Position numbers and translations under genes: made by a program. From positions 1-64,000 of the IMG/VR virus record IMGVR_UViG_3300034104_003795: DNA of 64,000 nucleotides; one strand, given 5' to 3'. Below are positions 16,951-26,434 of the stretch, in pieces. The notes under the pieces were generated by a model. The model was not told the DNA's origin. It saw only the letters and a program-made list of their open reading frames with translations, and did not search any database. Within the stretch, counting starts at the first letter, position 1, and the number at the start of each line of letters is the position of its first letter.

Positions 16951-17822
16951 TTAATAAAAGGTAGTATTGCTAATTCTTTTGCTTTTGCCTCAACCATAAT
17001 ATCCAAATTCAATCCATATGTGTTTGGTAATTGTTTAATATAATCAGCATGTGCTTGTGGTTTGTTTCCTTCTCTTGCTTCGGAATAATGTACTTCTTGA
17101 GTAATACCATTAGGCCAAGTTGCTGATGCTAATTTAAGAGCTTCTTCTTCGGTTAATCCACCTGTACAAAATTGGTGATGGTGGTAATCAAATACAATTG
17201 GAATATTTGTATGTTTGTGAATATACATAAGGTCTAAAACTGAATACATAGACGCCTTATCATCATTCTCTACTGTCAATCGTTTGCGAACCGATGGAGA
17301 GAGTCTTTTGAAGTTTTGGATGAATCTATCCATGGCGGATTTTTTATCACCATAAACACCATTACAATGAATATTAATATTATTATAATGAGTTTTAGAT
17401 AACCCCATCATATCAAATATTTTAGCATGTAATTCTAAATCTGCAATTGCGTTTTTAACTACTTCTTCTTTTGGAGAAGTTAATACAACAAATGGACCAG
17501 GATGTGAATTAATACGCATATCCCAAAACTTAGCGAAATCACCAGCTTTCTTTAACTCACTTTTAATCTCTTTGTAATCTTTTAATTGAGTTAAATCCAA
17601 ATGGTCACCCCAAGGCACAATGGTAGATGATAAACGGAATAATTTAATTCCATTCAATCTATTCCACTCTAAAATTTTAATAATATCTTTTGCATTGAGT
17701 AATGCAAGCTCAGAAACATAATCTAAACCTTTTGTTTGGAAAGTTCTTTTAACCATAGCTCGATTAGTAGATACTTTCTTACCCATACTCATATTGATAC
17801 AAGCGTATCCTAAATTCATCAT
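16947..17822 (-). CDS. uvsE: UV-damage endonuclease (UvsE/UvdE)
   Basis: LGYACIN, FRLSS, HPGPFVVLTSP, HCNGVYGDK, LTVENDD, VFDYHHH, HYSE, HADYI, MVEAKAKE. Confidence 0.92.
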   Translation of the reverse strand: MMNLGYACINMSMGKKVSTNRAMVKRTFQTKGLDYVSELALLNAKDIIKILEWNRLNGIKLFRLSSTIVPWGDHLDLTQLKDYKEIKSELKKAGDFAKFWDMRINSHPGPFVVLTSPKEEVVKNAIADLELHAKIFDMMGLSKTHYNNINIHCNGVYGDKKSAMDRFIQNFKRLSPSVRKRLTVENDDKASMYSVLDLMYIHKHTNIPIVFDYHHHQFCTGGLTEEEALKLASATWPNGITQEVHYSEAREGNKPQAHADYIKQLPNTYGLNLDIMVEAKAKELAILPFIK

Positions 17823-17844
17823 TTTAGTATTATTTGTTGTTATA

Positions 17845-17876
17845 CAAATATACGAAAACTTTATGAATTTACCAAA
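17845..17876 (-). promoter_or_regulatory. Bacteroidota primary-sigma promoter
   Basis: TTTGG-N19-TATATTTG. Confidence 0.8.
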
Positions 17877-17878
17877 TA

Positions 17879-19294
17879 TTAGTATGATTTACTTGAGAAA
17901 TCGGTTGGATATTGAGAAGGTTTGATATGTTTTATCCAATAATTAACCGCATTTTGGTCATTTATCCAATGTTTACGGTCAGCCCAATTGAAATCAGGTC
18001 TAGCATAGTATGGTAACATATTTTGTATTGCTGCCGCTCTACCAGGATGCGATGCTATAACTCTATTTATTAAACCATCACCATCGGTATCTATACCATC
18101 AGTACTACCATCACCATCCAAATCAATAGCTCTTTCTGAATAATCAGTTTTAAGATTTAATAGTATTTCATCGGTGATTTCTGGTTCTAATGCTTTCTTT
18201 TCTTCATCCGTTAATGTAGAGTATTCCTCTTCCAAATTTGTTGGAGTGGCATCAGTTTCGTTTTTTTTTATGTCCTCATTATATTGAGTAGCTACATTAA
18301 CTAATTGTTCGTTTGGTTCTGATGGATTTTCTATTTCATTAAAGAATACTTCCGAATCTTTTTCTGATAGAGTTATTGGTTCATCGTATAATCCTAACTC
18401 TTGGTCATTTTTCATCATTTCGGCTAATAAATCCTCTCGTCTTTTCTTATCACCATATACCTCATAATTCTTATAATTCTCATCCATCAATTCATCCAAC
18501 CCATCTCCTAATGTAGCATCCCAATCTGATAAATCATCTTCTTCTTTTCGTTTCATCAATAATCCATTAAATGCTATAATCAATGCAACTGCTAACGGGT
18601 CAAATACAATTACTATAATGAATATAAAGAATTTTACAACTGTATTAAGTGGTACTCCAAATGCTTCTGCTACGAAACGAAATCCACCAACTTCTCTTTC
18701 TAATTCAATGTTGTTATTTTTGATTGCGTTAATTGAATCTAATGCAACATTGTTTTGTCTTGTCAGTTCATCAATACGTTTAGATACCGATGCAATTTCT
18801 TTATCGGCAGTTTTAATCATTTGCGATACTCTTGAAGTTGATTTATCTTTATCTATTTGTTTAGATAAATTAGCTTCTTGTGAGTTACGAATATTTTGTT
18901 GGTTAGTTAATTGAGTTGTATAACGGGCTATCTCTCCATCATTTTTAGTGATTTGAGTTTGATACACTGCAATATCTCTTTCAATCTTTTGTAATCCCAA
19001 ATTTTGTTGTTGGAATGCGTTTGATAGATACCCAAAGATACCTGCTGATGTGATAAGCATCAAAGTACCAACTGATATAGTTAAATACCATTTGTTAAAT
19101 CCTTTAAGGGTATCCCATTCTTGTTTTAGGTATGTTGCGGCAACTAATTTAGCAAGTTCCAATGAACCTGCCATTACCATTACCGAAACCGATGCTCCCG
19201 CAAATAGTACACCTAATCCAGTTACAGAGAAATAAGCCGCACATCCGGCAACAAGGATTGCTGAAAGCCCAACTAATACTTTTAACCAATTCAT
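17879..19294 (-). CDS. multi-TM coiled-coil protein with acidic tail and DxDGDG repeats
   Basis: Three N-terminal TMs, long heptad region, further TM (FDPLAVAL), DLDGDGSTDGIDTDGDG. Confidence 0.65.
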   Translation of the reverse strand: MNWLKVLVGLSAILVAGCAAYFSVTGLGVLFAGASVSVMVMAGSLELAKLVAATYLKQEWDTLKGFNKWYLTISVGTLMLITSAGIFGYLSNAFQQQNLGLQKIERDIAVYQTQITKNDGEIARYTTQLTNQQNIRNSQEANLSKQIDKDKSTSRVSQMIKTADKEIASVSKRIDELTRQNNVALDSINAIKNNNIELEREVGGFRFVAEAFGVPLNTVVKFFIFIIVIVFDPLAVALIIAFNGLLMKRKEEDDLSDWDATLGDGLDELMDENYKNYEVYGDKKRREDLLAEMMKNDQELGLYDEPITLSEKDSEVFFNEIENPSEPNEQLVNVATQYNEDIKKNETDATPTNLEEEYSTLTDEEKKALEPEITDEILLNLKTDYSERAIDLDGDGSTDGIDTDGDGLINRVIASHPGRAAAIQNMLPYYARPDFNWADRKHWINDQNAVNYWIKHIKPSQYPTDFSSKSY

Positions 19295-19299
19295 TTTTA

Positions 19300-19479
19300 T
19301 TATGCTAAATCTACAATGTTTGTTGTCAATTCAACCAATCTTTCAATTTCCTTTGCAGCTCTTTTTGCTTCATCTTGATTAACCGGTCTTTCACCATTTA
19401 ACATTTCGGAAATAACTTTAGCTCTTTTAGCAATTGCTTCTAAATTCTCTTGAGCTCTCATTTTGTATTCAGGTTTCAT
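19300..19479 (-). CDS. 59-aa helical protein (not in ORF track)
   Basis: MKPEYKMRAQENLEAIAKRAKVISEML..; preceded by ATATTTATA at 19500-19508. Confidence 0.55.
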   Translation of the reverse strand: MKPEYKMRAQENLEAIAKRAKVISEMLNGERPVNQDEAKRAAKEIERLVELTTNIVDLA

Positions 19480-19512
19480 AAAACTATTATTTGTTTTTAT
19501 ATAAATATAAGT

Positions 19513-19548
19513 AAAAAGAAAAAGGGTGGATTTTGATACCCACCCTCT
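19513..19548 (-). terminator. intrinsic terminator after hsp20
   Basis: AGGGTGG..CCACCCT with A-tract on +. Confidence 0.7.
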
Positions 19549-19565
19549 TCTGTATTTTGATAGGA

Positions 19566-20045
19566 TTACCCTATTGAAATTGTTCTTTTCTTTGGTTTTT
19601 CAGGCTCCCTCTTTGGTATTTGTAACTCCAATACACCATCTTCAAATGATGCTTTTACCTTATCTAAATCAAAGATTTTAGAATCAGCTGTAAAACTTCT
19701 CAAGAAAGATGAACGTTTAACTTCTCTACGAAGATATACTCCACCTTCTTTTTCTTGTGATTTACTTGCTTTTTCTCCTTTTAAAGTAATTACATCACCA
19801 TCTACATCAATGGTAATTTGTTCTTTGGTTAGACCAGGAACTTCCGCTACAATCTCAATACGGTCATCAAAGTTAATGATGTCACATTTTGGATAAGCGT
19901 TTTGTTGGAATGGATTGATACCGATTTCCTTTGTTAATTCAGGAAATGCATCTGAAAATACTTTATCAAATAAAGTATCTAATGGTGAGAAGAACTCGTC
20001 CCTAAAATTTGGGGTAGGGAATCCCCTTTGAATTTGGTTTTTCAT
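19566..20045 (-). CDS. hsp20: small heat-shock protein
   Basis: YPKCDI..AEVPGLTKEQITI..FLRSF..VKASFEDGVLELQIPK. Confidence 0.93.
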   Translation of the reverse strand: MKNQIQRGFPTPNFRDEFFSPLDTLFDKVFSDAFPELTKEIGINPFQQNAYPKCDIINFDDRIEIVAEVPGLTKEQITIDVDGDVITLKGEKASKSQEKEGGVYLRREVKRSSFLRSFTADSKIFDLDKVKASFEDGVLELQIPKREPEKPKKRTISIG

Positions 20046-20145
20046 TTTTTTACCTTTTTTAAGCGTTAATTTGTATCTCCTTTTGGATGATACGCCGATA
20101 TGCTGGCCAGCTCTATCGGTTTATAAATATAGCCGTAGCTAAAAA

Positions 20146-20793
20146 TTATGCATTTTGTCTTTCAATAATTGTACTCATATGGTCAGCCCAATGTAGTATA
20201 TATTGAATTTTAGAACGAAGGTATTTTGAAGTATCATATACTTTAAAGTATTTTTCATTATCTTCATCATATAGACCATCGGTTAGTTTGATACCAAAGT
20301 ATTCATTCTCATTATACTGAACTCCATAATGATTTAATGTAAAGAATGTTCTATCGGTAATTGTCATAAAAGGAATATTTTCATTTCTTTTATACAATTC
20401 ACCTCTATTATCAATGTGCCATTTTGAATCATTTGGTACATAGTGTAATTCGTCTTTAATACCTAACTTGCCCAAATCATGATGAAGTGCTGCAAATAAT
20501 AACTGCTCATCGGTGAAATCGACTGTACCACCAGCTTCTTCGTAAAGTTTTTTCATACGAAGTGCGTTTTTACAAACATTCATAATGTGGTCAATATATC
20601 CACCCTCATATGCATTGTGATAATTGAGATTACCACTCGCAGGAGATATAATCAAATTAGGACCTAATTCTTCCATTGAATACATCTTTAATAGTTTCTC
20701 CAATCTTTCAGGATTAGAACTACATGCTTTACGAACCAAGTTTAGAAACTTTTCGTAATTTTCTTCCAATTGTTTTTCTGTGTAATTTTTCAT
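20146..20793 (-). CDS. HD-domain phosphohydrolase
   Basis: HNAYEGGYIDH..ALHHDLGK..ILHWAD. Confidence 0.8.
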   Translation of the reverse strand: MKNYTEKQLEENYEKFLNLVRKACSSNPERLEKLLKMYSMEELGPNLIISPASGNLNYHNAYEGGYIDHIMNVCKNALRMKKLYEEAGGTVDFTDEQLLFAALHHDLGKLGIKDELHYVPNDSKWHIDNRGELYKRNENIPFMTITDRTFFTLNHYGVQYNENEYFGIKLTDGLYDEDNEKYFKVYDTSKYLRSKIQYILHWADHMSTIIERQNA

Positions 20794-20810
20794 AATACAA
20801 ATATACGATT

Positions 20811-21176
20811 TTATTCTTGAATTTCCAAATTTTCTTCAATGTCCTCTCCACAAAGAGCTGAATATAGAATATCCAATTCTTCCTCACTACTACAAAACCC
20901 TAACCCGTCCATATCCATTATTTCTATAAAAAATTGACCAGGCTTTATTCCAATTTCTTTCATTAAGAGTTGTTCATCAGTTGCACTTGATATTAACATT
21001 GGTGCAAATTCATCTTCTCTATATTTTGGAATCGGTATCGTCCAATAGTAATGCCCATCCTCATCATTTCCATTCTCATTCATACCATCACCGGCTATAA
21101 TTTTTTTCCAACCCTGTCTAATAAACGTTTCTTCGGTTATAGGGGTCATTGGTAGTTTAACTTCTTTCTTTCTCAT
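20811..21176 (-). CDS. hypothetical acidic protein
   Basis: ORF in operon. Confidence 0.55.
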   Translation of the reverse strand: MRKKEVKLPMTPITEETFIRQGWKKIIAGDGMNENGNDEDGHYYWTIPIPKYREDEFAPMLISSATDEQLLMKEIGIKPGQFFIEIMDMDGLGFCSSEEELDILYSALCGEDIEENLEIQE

Positions 21177-21727
21177 TCAATTATTATTTTAGTATAAACT
21201 ATTTTTTTACTTAATGTGTTTTCCGCTTTCAATACCATTGTATCACCAATCATTTCTTTAATAGGACCAATCATATTAGAAAATTCACCATCTTTGGATG
21301 TATATGATGCAATATTTGTTGTTGGTACTAATTCAGATTTAAGAGCTATAAATGGTGGTAATTTTACAATTGTAAATTGACCTGTAAAATAATTTATATA
21401 AGTTTCGCTTATTGTTGCAATAGTATCACCTCTTTGTATTGACCAAAATAAATTACTTTCCCATTCTATTTTATGTGGATATTGTGCAGGTTTGTTATTT
21501 ACTAAAAATCTTCCAACTACTCTATGAGTTTGTTGTGTAGAATACGGATTGTTTATAACCAAATGATAATACCCATTACTATCTTTTGGTAGAGATTTAG
21601 TACCTGCTCTATTAAGTACCGAATCAATTCTTAATTCGTAATTATAAATTGGTTCAGGATATATTTCATCTTTTTGACAAGATATTAGTAAAAATAAACA
21701 AACAATAGGGGTTAATAGTTTTTTCAT
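21173..21727 (-). CDS. lipoprotein (start reassigned to MKKLLTPIVCLFLLISC)
   Basis: Lipobox LISC; the track start overlaps the upstream gene. Confidence 0.65.
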   Translation of the reverse strand: MKKLLTPIVCLFLLISCQKDEIYPEPIYNYELRIDSVLNRAGTKSLPKDSNGYYHLVINNPYSTQQTHRVVGRFLVNNKPAQYPHKIEWESNLFWSIQRGDTIATISETYINYFTGQFTIVKLPPFIALKSELVPTTNIASYTSKDGEFSNMIGPIKEMIGDTMVLKAENTLSKKIVYTKIIIE

Positions 21728-21728
21728 T

Positions 21729-22211
21729 TTATAACAATTTTTTAAGGATACTTTCCCAAGTAGGATATTCGTTAAATAATTTTGTTTCGTAAGACCATCC
21801 GAATTGTAATAGTTCACCTTTGAATTCACCAGCACCATTTGCGGTTCTATCGTCAATTAAGTAATCACCAATCAATAAACCTTTAAGGTGAGTGATTGCC
21901 ATTTTCTTTTTGAATAGATTTCCAAAGTGTTCTTCAATCCAAAATCTTTTATCCATAGCTGCCATAGGATTTCCCCAAGGGGCCGCAGTAGCTATATACA
22001 ATTCGTACTTACCACTTTCCGCTAATTTGTTGATAGCTTCAATAGCTCCTTCAACTGGTTTTGGGTTTCTAAAAATACCAGGTATGTGGTCATATCTGCC
22101 TTTATAGTTTTCTTTTAAAAATACATTCTTTGATATAGTTTCTTCAACGTGCCCATTGAAATCAACAAGCACCCCATCCATATCAATCCATACAATCTTC
22201 TTTTGGGACAT
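21729..22211 (-). CDS. 5'(3')-deoxyribonucleotidase (NT5C, HAD fold)
   Basis: IDMDGVLVDF, ATAAPW, KRFWIEEHFG, GDYLIDDR. Confidence 0.88.
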   Translation of the reverse strand: MSQKKIVWIDMDGVLVDFNGHVEETISKNVFLKENYKGRYDHIPGIFRNPKPVEGAIEAINKLAESGKYELYIATAAPWGNPMAAMDKRFWIEEHFGNLFKKKMAITHLKGLLIGDYLIDDRTANGAGEFKGELLQFGWSYETKLFNEYPTWESILKKLL

Positions 22212-22234
22212 AATCTCTCAATTTGTTTACATAG

Positions 22235-22343
22235 TAAAGATACGAAAAATACCTGATATTACCAAATAAAAAAGGGGAAATAACGTGTTGAAAATCAACT
22301 AGTTACGTCCCCTTTTCATAAGTCATTGAAAATCAATTAGTTA
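22235..22343 (-). promoter_or_regulatory. host-type promoter plus terminator plus two 25-bp dyads
   Basis: TTTGG-N19-TATCTTTA; dyads at 22281-22305 and 22319-22343. Confidence 0.65.
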
Positions 22344-23184
22344 TAACTTCCTCATTTTCAACGATTTCCTGTTCATCTTCATCTGGAAATGGTTTAAAAC
22401 TGAAATCTAAATCATAAGGGTTATTTTCCCCTAAAATTATTTGTTCTTCTAATTCATATCTTTCAAGTACTCTTTTAACAATACCTGAACGAATACAATC
22501 TTCTCTTGTAAATTCTATTTGATAAACTCCTTTTAATTTACCCAATCTTTTCCACACATCAAAGAATCCACTTTTTGTATAAGCGGGTGAACCATTAGTT
22601 CTGTATTTATCACATTGAGAAAGGTCACCTTCAATAATTAATTTTGTATCATCTGAAATACGAGTAATTAAAGTTTTTAATTGATGTGGTGATGCGTTTT
22701 GAGCTTCATCTAAAATTACATAACTTTTTTCAAAGTTTATACCTCTTAAAAAGTTAAGTACTCTAAACTCAATTTTACCTTGTTCTATTAATTTTTTTGT
22801 TTCAACTGGTCCTATAATTTTATGCATTATAAAAAGAGATGATTCGTTGTGAACTGCAATCTTCTCCATTAAATCTCCTGGCAAATGCCCTAACTTATCT
22901 TCGTTACCAACATCAACGGTTGGATTTATAATTATTAATTTTTCAATATGTGACAAACGATGTAATAATAACTCTAAACCTTTTTGAATTGATATGTATG
23001 TTTTTCCTGCTCCTGCTAAAGCATGACCCATTATAATATTATGATTGGGGTGCTCAATTGCTTTGTAAAATCTTTTTTGATTGAATGTTTTAAATTTTAT
23101 TTTCTTTATAACTTTTGGATAAGATAACTTATACTCTTTAACTACTTCCTTTGGAACTTCTTCCTCTCTAACCTTTTTAGCCAT
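22333..23184 (-). CDS. phoH: PhoH-like ATPase
   Basis: GHALAGAGKT, LGHLPGDLMEK, FLRGINF, LDEAQN, LITRI, GDLSQCD. Confidence 0.9.
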   Translation of the reverse strand: MAKKVREEEVPKEVVKEYKLSYPKVIKKIKFKTFNQKRFYKAIEHPNHNIIMGHALAGAGKTYISIQKGLELLLHRLSHIEKLIIINPTVDVGNEDKLGHLPGDLMEKIAVHNESSLFIMHKIIGPVETKKLIEQGKIEFRVLNFLRGINFEKSYVILDEAQNASPHQLKTLITRISDDTKLIIEGDLSQCDKYRTNGSPAYTKSGFFDVWKRLGKLKGVYQIEFTREDCIRSGIVKRVLERYELEEQIILGENNPYDLDFSFKPFPDEDEQEIVENEEVITN

Positions 23185-23190
23185 ATCAAT

Positions 23191-23550
23191 TTATTTTTTT
23201 AGTTTTTTGGCCGTAACACTTTGTGGTTTCCCTCTAGCTTTTTTTAATTTAATAAGTTTCAATTTATTATGTATATCTCTACACAATTCGTATTTTTCTA
23301 ATTTAATACAAAGGTTTAGTAAATGTTCTAATGCTAAGACGTACTCATCTCTACCGATTTTAGAAACAATATCGGAATCTTTAAAACGAAATAAAATGAT
23401 GTGAGATTTTTTAGATGTGATTGCGGATGTTAATCGTTGAAATGTCTGATGAAGAATATTATCACCGTAATCATTAAGATATCGGTTAATAATAGGATTA
23501 CTACTATTAAGGTATTTCTTCCATGCAACATTTGGATTAACCATCGGCAA
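23191..23550 (-). CDS. hypothetical protein with UVR-like C-terminal helix pair
   Basis: CIKLEKYELCRDI. Confidence 0.5.
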   Translation of the reverse strand: MPMVNPNVAWKKYLNSSNPIINRYLNDYGDNILHQTFQRLTSAITSKKSHIILFRFKDSDIVSKIGRDEYVLALEHLLNLCIKLEKYELCRDIHNKLKLIKLKKARGKPQSVTAKKLKK

Positions 23551-23584
23551 CCTTTTTATTACTTATAAATATAAGTAAAGAAGT

Positions 23585-25237
23585 TTATCCAAACGCAGTT
23601 TGTGTATTATTTTCTTTCTGTTGTTGTTTTTCTAAAATACTTCTTCCTATATTTTGGAAATATTTTTGAGTTGATGAAAATCTATCATCTCCCTTTGGTT
23701 TACCATCAATTGTTAATTTACCACTCTTGATTATATTATTAATTTCAAATTCAATATCTTCTTTTCGTTTAGTTAGACGTTCTAATTCAGCCATAGATTT
23801 ATCATATGCTTCTTTTTGTTTCTTAAATTCTTTCTTTTGTTTTGCTTTACCAACAAAGAATTTAACAATACCAACTGCCGCCATAATACCCGCACCAATT
23901 GGACCAGTAGCTGCACCTAATATCTTCGCCCCAACCCCTTTTACAATTCCTTTTGTAATAGCTTTTTTTACTATCGCTTTTCCTAATTCTATGGTTGCAG
24001 TTTTTCTTACTTCTTTTAGTACTTTTACTGCTACTGCTCCTTTTGGTTGAACACTTCCCTTACTACTTGCGACTACACCATTAACTGCTATTGCAGTTTG
24101 GATTGTAGCTGCACCAAGCTGTGTACCAGCCGCTCTATTGATTAATCCAGAAACTTGTTTAGTCTTATTACCTACAAATGTGGTAGCAGTTCCAACCGCT
24201 TTACCAACTTTAGTTACTGTATTTTTTACACTATTTACTGCGTTTTTTAAAGTAAATGCCCTTTTTGTTAGTTGCGCAGTTACAGTTGGGGCTCCAATTC
24301 TATTACCCAACGAGTCTACAAGTCCACCCGATACAACTTTGTTTTGTAAAGCGGTCATTCCGGCTTGATTTAAATCAGTTACCTTGGTAATTGCTCTTTC
24401 GGTTTTAATAATAGCTTCACTACCAGCTTTTAATGCCTTACTTGCTTTTTCTGCCGCTACAAGCGATTTAAGAGCAGTAGCTCCTTTTACTACACTAACA
24501 GCTCCCAATCCCAAACTAATAATTTCCAATACCGATGTTTTTCTTTTTGTTGGAGCAGCTGGTATATCACCCTGCATAGCCGCGATTGCCTCATCAATAT
24601 CTTCCAATTCCAAATATAAACTTTCTAGTCTATTTGCTAAAGCAACTGCTTTTGCACTATTTGGAGTAAACTCACCCGTTTCTTTATTATATTCTCCAAT
24701 TTCATAATCAGCAATTTTTTCAGCAGGTAAAACTCCATTATTATCATCATCATCTGGATTTACCTTTCCAACAACCCAATCTATATATTGAACTAATGTA
24801 ATGTAATCAACTGTATTATCTGCTACTAAAAAAAGATTTTGGTTTTGTTTTACACCCGTACCTAAATCTATTAATTTCAAATCATTAAATACCGCTATTT
24901 GTTTATCAAGTGTAACTCTTATAAATAAATTTTCATTTAAAGCGTTATTGATAAAATAGGGATTATTTTCAGTTATTGAAATTAACAAATCATCGTAAAA
25001 AGGCTGAGAAGTGAAATATCTCGTCTCATCGGATATATTGGATTCTTTGACTGCAAGGATAAATCTAAACGAAGTATTATCAATAATCTCTATATTGTCT
25101 AGATTTGGTTTTGTATATGGTTTTACGTTATCCCTTTCGTAATTACCAACCACGGCAAAGTTACCATCAAGAGTTCTTCCATAATTATCAACTGACGGAT
25201 ATACGTTTGGATATAGTAATAAGTTTTGATATTCCAT
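23585..25237 (-). CDS. 550-aa protein with Ala/Gly/Val-rich amphipathic C-half and coiled coils
   Basis: ISLGLGAVSVV and GAKILGAATGPIGAGIMAAVGIVKFFVG hydrophobic segments. Confidence 0.6.
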   Translation of the reverse strand: MEYQNLLLYPNVYPSVDNYGRTLDGNFAVVGNYERDNVKPYTKPNLDNIEIIDNTSFRFILAVKESNISDETRYFTSQPFYDDLLISITENNPYFINNALNENLFIRVTLDKQIAVFNDLKLIDLGTGVKQNQNLFLVADNTVDYITLVQYIDWVVGKVNPDDDDNNGVLPAEKIADYEIGEYNKETGEFTPNSAKAVALANRLESLYLELEDIDEAIAAMQGDIPAAPTKRKTSVLEIISLGLGAVSVVKGATALKSLVAAEKASKALKAGSEAIIKTERAITKVTDLNQAGMTALQNKVVSGGLVDSLGNRIGAPTVTAQLTKRAFTLKNAVNSVKNTVTKVGKAVGTATTFVGNKTKQVSGLINRAAGTQLGAATIQTAIAVNGVVASSKGSVQPKGAVAVKVLKEVRKTATIELGKAIVKKAITKGIVKGVGAKILGAATGPIGAGIMAAVGIVKFFVGKAKQKKEFKKQKEAYDKSMAELERLTKRKEDIEFEINNIIKSGKLTIDGKPKGDDRFSSTQKYFQNIGRSILEKQQQKENNTQTAFG

Positions 25238-25265
25238 AAGGATAAATATATCCCTATCAAATTCT

Positions 25266-25592
25266 TTACTTTTGTAGGTTTTCTATCTTTCTATTAAGGT
25301 AAAATGCGGCTTTCTTTAAATCTTCTAATTCCTTTTGTGGGTCTTTCTTGCCGGCTCTTGCTATGTATTTAGCTACATTGAATAGGTATGCATCTTTATC
25401 TAAACCCCATGCTTCACATACCTTAATTACTTCGTATGGATTATCAACCCCACCATAATAGACTGGATTCTTAACTGCTTCTCTTTGTGCTTGTCTTTGA
25501 ATTTCCTTCTCAGTTGGTTTTAATACTACTTGATTTTTTGAGTAATTTCCTACTAATAATTCGGATGTGCTTATCTTTGGTTTAGCGGGCAT
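25266..25592 (-). CDS. DUF3310 family protein
   Basis: YYGG..YEVIKV..FNVAKYIARAGKK..EDLKKAAFYLNR. Confidence 0.8.
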   Translation of the reverse strand: MPAKPKISTSELLVGNYSKNQVVLKPTEKEIQRQAQREAVKNPVYYGGVDNPYEVIKVCEAWGLDKDAYLFNVAKYIARAGKKDPQKELEDLKKAAFYLNRKIENLQK

Positions 25593-25799
25593 ATAGTTAG
25601 ATATTTTTATTCGTTTCACAAATATACGAATAATTCCTGATATTACCAAGCAAAACAAACTATATTTGAAAAACTAAAAAATTTTTCCACATTTGTTTAC
25701 GTTTGGGATTTTTTGACAATAGTTATTGACACTAGACTATTTAACCAGGGAATAAGAAAGCAGTATAAATAAAGACTTTAACTAGGAACTTGGAGCAGC

Positions 25800-26414
25800 T
25801 TACAGTTCTGAAAAACTCCCATCTTCATTCTTTATAGAAATTTTATAATCTCTACCATCGGCATCAGAATTTTTCAATTCATTTAATTTCAATTCAGCTT
25901 CTTCTAACGTAGAAAAAGAATGCAAATCATCACTATCGTTTATTTTTAATACCCAGATAAGTGTGTTTTTTGGTATAAGTTGTTTATGAATAACGTACAT
26001 CTTATTTTATTAATTTTTTAAATAATATCTTTTTAGCCCATACACTTCTCAACCCTATCCATTGATAATATCTATATTTCAATTGTTGTGTAAAAATCAA
26101 AAAGAAAACAAAACCAAACACCAATAACAAAAGATTAAGTAACTTTGATATGGTGGTTGATATCATCATTATTTCTTTTTCAACAATGATTTAATATCAC
26201 AATAACAGGCATTTGCTCCGTGTGCTATTGCCATTAATATCCACATCCAAGTCATTTCACCTAATCCCAAAAGAGTTTTTGATTCCCCAACACTAATTAA
26301 TATGTTTGGAGAGCAATGAATGGTTGTTGATTGTGGTTCGTAAAAATAATATGCTAATACTAAAAAAGAGAAAGAAACCCAATATCGTAGTATGTAGTAT
26401 TTTATTTTACTCAT
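25800..26414 (-). CDS. three small CDSs (25800-26000; 26002-26169 55-aa TM peptide not in track; 26169-26414 membrane protein)
   Basis: Hand translation MMISTTISKLLNLLLLVFGFVFFLIF..; tight packing. Confidence 0.5.
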
Positions 26415-26434
26415 ACTAATAAATATTAACTAAA

